64,000 nt of DNA from Bacillota bacterium (GTDB lineage: Bacteria; Bacillota; Ch66; Ch109): assembly GCA_050952625.1 (NCBI GenBank), contig JBMNLH010000001.1:736001-800000 (forward strand). Reading direction: 5' to 3'. The notes under the pieces are model-generated. The model searched no databases, was not told the origin of the DNA, and was given only the letters and a program-made list of their open reading frames with translations. The first letter of the stretch is position 1; every line of letters begins with the position of its first letter. Of this stretch, positions 59,826-64,000 are shown in pieces. The position numbers and the translations under genes are program-made.

Positions 59826-59932
59826 TGAGGTATATCAGCGATGAGTTTATGAACCGAGCAGACAGAGCGAGCGAAAATCCTGTTTTCAGGTGCTAGGTGG
59901 GCCGGTGCTAATAGTATTAGCACCGGTTTTTT
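59826..59932 (+). ncRNA. Putative cis-regulatory leader (Na+-riboswitch-like core plus terminator), copy 2
   Basis: TGAGGT..ATCAGC, CCGAGCAGACAGAGC..GCTAGGTGGGCCGGTGCTAATA.TATTAGCACCGG-T6. Confidence 0.6.
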
Positions 59933-60017
59933 ATGCTAAAATAAAGTGAATATTATTTTTTACTTTTGTTCTACCGCAAGTGAATTTCGGTAGATTGATA
60001 GAGAGCGAGGGGTAACC

Positions 60018-60426
60018 TTGTCATTGCGGGTGAAGATTGAAGGGGAGATTTCCCGAGCGATGACTAAATACTACCGGGAGATGTTAGGGAAGGGACCAGA
60101 GGAGACAAAAGTATATATTATTGAGGATATGGTACTGGTCCGTTTTCGTGGCATCCTCACTAGAAAAGAGCAGCAATTAGTCAGAACTCAACGGGGCTGT
60201 GAATTGGTGAAAGAGATGCGTCAGGTTCTCCGCGATTCAAACATAGATGAGGAAGAAAGAATTATTACGGATTGTACCGGTTTTTCAGGTTATCAGCAGT
60301 CACTGCGACTTAAGTACGAAAACCGGCGAGATGGTTATAATCTTTATCATGGATCAAAATGTTGGTCGGATATTCAGTGGAAAGTCCTGCGGAAAAGAAA
60401 TGGTTGTATCCCGGCATCCGGTTTAA
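60018..60426 (+). pseudogene. DUF2294 (MpsC-like) gene with a frameshift in a T5 run
   Basis: N-terminus EISRAMTKYYREMLGKGPE..KVYIIEDMVLVRFRGILT..EQ.L; the family C-terminus (VISSHCDLSTKTGEMVIIFIM) is in the next frame after 60281-60285. Confidence 0.75.
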
Positions 60427-60561
60427 GCCGGAACCTTTTTATTATTAAAAGTATATAGTATATAGGAATTCAGAACGCCCCGGGGCCATTGTGCAGATTG
60501 GAAAGGTCATGAGAATAAAAAGCCGGCCTAGTTGCTTGTTGACTAATTCGTAAAAGGGTGG

Positions 60562-61683
60562 GTGCTGTCACACATGGACCAACTTCTAATAGGCTTTCTG
60601 GGGCTAAGCTGGAAACACTTTGTTATGTTTGGGATTGGGTTTCTTTTGATTTACCTGGCGATTGCCAAGGAATATGAACCGGTTCTTCTTTTGCCCATTG
60701 GTTTTGGAGCTTTATTGTGCAACATACCGTTTTCCTCGGCCGTCGGACCTGAGGGACCATTGACTATCTTGCACCATGCTGGAATAGTAACCGAGCTTTT
60801 CCCTTGCCTTATTTTTGTCGCGGTAGGGGCAATGTGTGATTTTTCCCCTATGCTAAAAAATCCTGTCCTGATGTTATTCGGAGCAGCGGCTCAGTTTGGC
60901 ATTTTTGCTACTATTATATTTGCTGCCTGCCTTGGTTTTAACATTAATGAAGCGGCTTCAATTGGGATAATTGGGGCGGCTGATGGGCCGACAACGATTT
61001 ATGTGGCGACTAAGCTTGCTCCGGATCTATTGGCTCCCTTATCAGTCGCGGCTTATTCTTACATGTCACTGGTGCCAATTATCCAGCCGCCGGTGATTAA
61101 AGCTTTAACTACAAAGAAAGAACGCTCATTATTGATGCCAGTTAAAGAAGATATCCCAGTCTCCCGGATGGTTAAGATTCTCTTTCCTATTGTCGTAACT
61201 CTAGTCGCGGGAATAATTGCTCCAATCAGTGTTGCCCTAGTAGGGATGCTTATGTTTGGGAATTTAATCAAGGAATGTGGCGTTGTCGAACGGCTTTCCC
61301 GGGCCTCTCAAGAGGAACTGGCTAACCTTGTTACCCTTCTTTTAGGGATAACCATTGGGGCTACAATGACCGCCGAACAGTTTTTAAATGTTAAAACTAT
61401 TATGGTAATAGGCATGGGGATCGTTGCGTTTGTTTTTGATACTGCCGGTGGAGTTTTATTTGCTAAAGGGTTGAATCTATTGTTAAAAGAAAAAATTAAC
61501 CCTATGATTGGGGCCTGTGGTATTTCTGCCTTTCCGATGTCCGCCCGGGTGATTGCGAAAATGGCTCTGGCTGAGAATAAGCGAAACTATATCATCATGC
61601 ATGCGGTGGGAGCTAATGTATCCGGGCAATTAGGTTCAATTATCGCCGGGGGTCTGGTTTTGGCTATTGTGGTTGGCATATAG
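60562..61683 (+). CDS. oadB: Sodium ion-translocating decarboxylase beta subunit (divergent paralog)
   Basis: YEPVLLLPIGFG, FGAAAQFG, IIGAADGPT, VAAYSYMSLVPIIQPP, GISAFPMSAR, AVGANVSGQ. Confidence 0.92.
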   Translation: MLSHMDQLLIGFLGLSWKHFVMFGIGFLLIYLAIAKEYEPVLLLPIGFGALLCNIPFSSAVGPEGPLTILHHAGIVTELFPCLIFVAVGAMCDFSPMLKNPVLMLFGAAAQFGIFATIIFAACLGFNINEAASIGIIGAADGPTTIYVATKLAPDLLAPLSVAAYSYMSLVPIIQPPVIKALTTKKERSLLMPVKEDIPVSRMVKILFPIVVTLVAGIIAPISVALVGMLMFGNLIKECGVVERLSRASQEELANLVTLLLGITIGATMTAEQFLNVKTIMVIGMGIVAFVFDTAGGVLFAKGLNLLLKEKINPMIGACGISAFPMSARVIAKMALAENKRNYIIMHAVGANVSGQLGSIIAGGLVLAIVVGI

Positions 61684-61714
61684 TTTGTTAGGGTGAGTTT
61701 AAGGGGGGTCTAGC

Positions 61715-61852
61715 GTGGATTCGACGATAATGGAGGCACTTAATGTGGCAGCTATTGGCCTTCCGGTTATGTTCGGGGTTATTATTCTCTTCGCCGCCTT
61801 AGGTCAAACCTTACTGAAAATATTTCCGGAAAAATCTAATACTGCCAAATGA
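61715..61852 (+). CDS. OadG-related small membrane subunit (not in the ORF track)
   Basis: GTG start after AAGGGGGG; MDSTIMEALNVAAIGLPVMFGVIILFAALGQTLLKIFPEKSNTAK, 45 aa with one TM helix. Confidence 0.75.
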   Translation: MDSTIMEALNVAAIGLPVMFGVIILFAALGQTLLKIFPEKSNTAK

Positions 61853-61900
61853 TTGCTTTGATGTTGTCCTGGTAATATAAACGATTTGGCGGTAGAACCC

Positions 61901-61937
61901 GACCCCGGTCTTAGAAGTCTATTACCGGGGTCATTTT
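61901..61937 (+). terminator. Terminator of the DUF2294-oadB-oadG operon
   Basis: GACCCCGGT / ACCGGGGTC stem followed by ATTTT. Confidence 0.65.
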
Positions 61938-61954
61938 GTTTTAGTGCTTATTTC

Positions 61955-61983
61955 TTGACTTTTTTTCTAGGCTAACGTAAAAT
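61955..61983 (+). promoter_or_regulatory. SigA-type promoter of ylxM-ffh
   Basis: TTGACT-N17-TAAAAT. Confidence 0.7.
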
Positions 61984-62035
61984 ATTCAAGAAATACTCTG
62001 TAAAGTAATAAACCTTGACAGCTGGAGGGATCGGC

Positions 62036-62404
62036 TTGCTGGAAAAGGTTAGCCGGATGGCCCTTTTATTGGACTTCTATGGCGGATTATTGACGGATAA
62101 ACAACGCCGAGTATTTGAACTTTATTATGACCACAATCTTTCTTTGGGAGAAATCGCCGAAGAATGTGGGATCAGCCGGCAAGCAGTGCATGATCTCTTA
62201 AAAAGATCCGAAAAGTCTTTGGAGTCATATGAGCTGCGGTTAGGCCTGCTCGATAAATTTCAACGAAATCATCGTATAATTAAGGAGGCCTTGAATTGGT
62301 TGAAGACCCTGCCTCAGGACGGCCAAGGGGTAGAGACCATAGACCGAATCTCAAATTTGCTGTATGAGGTCATGGATGTTGAGGATGACTCGCCTAGGTT
62401 TTAA
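62036..62404 (+). CDS. ylxM: YlxM family DNA-binding protein
   Basis: LLDFYGGLLTDKQ...YYDHNLSLGEIAE..GISRQAVHD.LKR; upstream of ffh. Confidence 0.94.
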   Translation: MLEKVSRMALLLDFYGGLLTDKQRRVFELYYDHNLSLGEIAEECGISRQAVHDLLKRSEKSLESYELRLGLLDKFQRNHRIIKEALNWLKTLPQDGQGVETIDRISNLLYEVMDVEDDSPRF

Positions 62405-62526
62405 CCCGGTCTCAGCAATGGCGGGAAGTTGTCAGATGCGTTATGGTTTTCTCGTGTTGGTTTTCAATTGTTTATCTTTAATTTTTTTATTAGAGATAAC
62501 CTCAAACAAGATTGGAGGTGAGGGTT

Positions 62527-63879
62527 ACGGTATTTGAAGGATTGGCGGAAAAGCTGCAGGATACTTTTCGCAAATTGCGGGGTAAGGGGAAATTAACCGA
62601 AGCGGATGTAAGTGCGGCCATGCGCGAGGTTCGATTAGCTTTACTGGAGGCCGATGTAAACTTTAAAGTGGTGAAAGATTTTGTCGCTCGGGTTCGGGAA
62701 CGGGCGATTGGCCAGGAGGTCATGCAGAGTCTAACTCCCGGTCAACATGTCGTCAAGATTGTTTATGAAGAAATGACGAACCTGATGGGGGGAGCCCAGA
62801 GTCGACTTAATACTTCGCCTAAACCACCAACCATCGTGATGCTGGTCGGTCTTCAGGGCTCTGGAAAAACGACTACCTGCGGTAAACTGGCTAATTTGAT
62901 GCGGAAGCAAGGACGACGCCCTCTATTAGTAGCGGCGGACATTTATCGACCGGCGGCCATCAAACAGTTACAGGTCTTAGGGGCTCAACTGGATATCCCG
63001 GTCTTTACGCTGGGTCAGGTTAATCCGGTCGATATTGCTCAGGGTGCTCTGGAATATGCTTTTTCACATGGGCGAGACTTAGTCATCATTGATACAGCTG
63101 GTCGACTCCACATTAATCAGGAGTTAATGGATGAATTAAAGGCGGTCAAAAGCGCAGTTAATCCCCACGAAATCTTGCTGGTCGTTGATTCGATGACCGG
63201 GCAGGATGCCGTTAATGTGGCTAAATCTTTTCATGAACAATTAGGTCTGGACGGCGTGGTCCTGACTAAGCTAGATGGAGATACTCGGGGCGGGGCCGCC
63301 CTTTCTGTCAAAGCAGTTACCGGTTGTCCCATTAAGTTCGCTGGTGTTGGTGAAAAGCTGGATGCCCTGGAACCATTCTTCCCTGATCGTATGGCTTCCC
63401 GGATTCTAGGGATGGGCGATGTTTTAAGCTTAATTGAAAAGGCTCAATCCAACCTGGATGCGGAAAAAGCTAGGGAATTAGAAAAAAAGATTAGAAAACA
63501 GGAGTTTACGCTCGAGGACTTTTTGGAACAACTGTCTCAGGTTAAATCAATGGGCCCTTTAGATCAAATATTAGGGATGATTCCAGGGATGGGAGGGGCC
63601 CGGGAACTAAAAAAAATGCAACAGGAAATCGATCCCAAAGAACTATCCCGAGTTGAGGCAATCATTAATTCCATGACCCCGGCGGAAAGGCGTCGCCCGG
63701 AGATTATTAATGGCAGTCGGCGCAAAAGGATTGCTTTAGGAAGCGGTACGCGGGTGCAGGATGTTAACCGGTTGTTAAAACAGTTTGAAGAAATACGGCG
63801 GATGATGAAACAGTTGACCGAAGCCGGTTTTGGTAAAAAGAAGAAAGGTCTTAAACTACCGTTTCTTCCCTTTAAATAA
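62527..63879 (+). CDS. ffh: Signal recognition particle protein Ffh (probable ACG start)
   Basis: FEGLAEKLQ, ALLEADV, GLQGSGKTT, DTAGR, TKLDGDTRGGAALS, M-domain SRRKRIALGSG. Confidence 0.97.
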   Translation, partial: TVFEGLAEKLQDTFRKLRGKGKLTEADVSAAMREVRLALLEADVNFKVVKDFVARVRERAIGQEVMQSLTPGQHVVKIVYEEMTNLMGGAQSRLNTSPKPPTIVMLVGLQGSGKTTTCGKLANLMRKQGRRPLLVAADIYRPAAIKQLQVLGAQLDIPVFTLGQVNPVDIAQGALEYAFSHGRDLVIIDTAGRLHINQELMDELKAVKSAVNPHEILLVVDSMTGQDAVNVAKSFHEQLGLDGVVLTKLDGDTRGGAALSVKAVTGCPIKFAGVGEKLDALEPFFPDRMASRILGMGDVLSLIEKAQSNLDAEKARELEKKIRKQEFTLEDFLEQLSQVKSMGPLDQILGMIPGMGGARELKKMQQEIDPKELSRVEAIINSMTPAERRRPEIINGSRRKRIALGSGTRVQDVNRLLKQFEEIRRMMKQLTEAGFGKKKKGLKLPFLPFK

Positions 63880-64000
63880 AATAGCCTAACAATGCTGTAT
63901 TAACGCTATACCTGCGGGATACAACCATCAATGAAAACCATGTCTTGCGTAATAACTTTTAACTAAATGGTAGTGTGCTGAAAGGAGGTGAATTGATTGG

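Noticed and set aside
60286-60458. C-terminus of the 146-aa ORF as given in the track
   Set aside because: Out-of-frame product of the T5 frameshift
942-62723. Numerous short antisense or nested ORFs in the track (e.g. 2386-2886, 16592-17053, 31397-31807, 58687-58965)
   Set aside because: They are shadows of well-conserved genes, without RBS or recognisable motifs
63981-64000. Probable start of rpsP (AAAGGAGGTG then TTG at 63997)
   Set aside because: Only four coding bases are in the window; supported by synteny alone

Overview
Chromosomal segment of an anaerobic, spore-forming Firmicute (Clostridia/Peptococcaceae-like, inferred from gene order and the sporulation genes SASP, gpr, ylbJ and spoVS). 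The conserved backbone is prkC-rsgA-rpe ... rpmB-yloU-fakA-recG ... rsmD-ylbJ-pta-ackA-yceD-rpmF-plsX-acpP-rnc ... smc-ftsY ... ylxM-ffh. Three accessory blocks interrupt it. (1) rpe to rpmB: GDPD, YccF, a phage-like orphan, a secreted Cys-His hydrolase-like protein, a large dehydratase-activator protein, a molybdopterin enzyme, azlCD, an FMN-riboswitch rib operon and hslO. (2) smc to ftsY: two GH57 enzymes. (3) ftsY to ylxM: mtnP-mtnA-aldolase-mtaD, then a Na+-bioenergetics cluster (oadG-oadB, hppA, DUF2294/MpsC-like gene-oadB-oadG-like) with no alpha/biotin subunit. The best candidate for an undescribed system is this Na+ cluster. Both oadB loci carry the same composite structured leader (TGAGGT...AYCAGC hairpin, a Na+-riboswitch-like core and a near-identical terminator), and hppA carries a reduced version. 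Also seen: an IS200/IS605-like miniature element in four copies, probable CTG (ribE) and ACG (ffh) start codons, a frameshifted DUF2294 gene, and absence of coaD and the fab genes from their usual positions. Family names come from motif recognition only; no database search was run.
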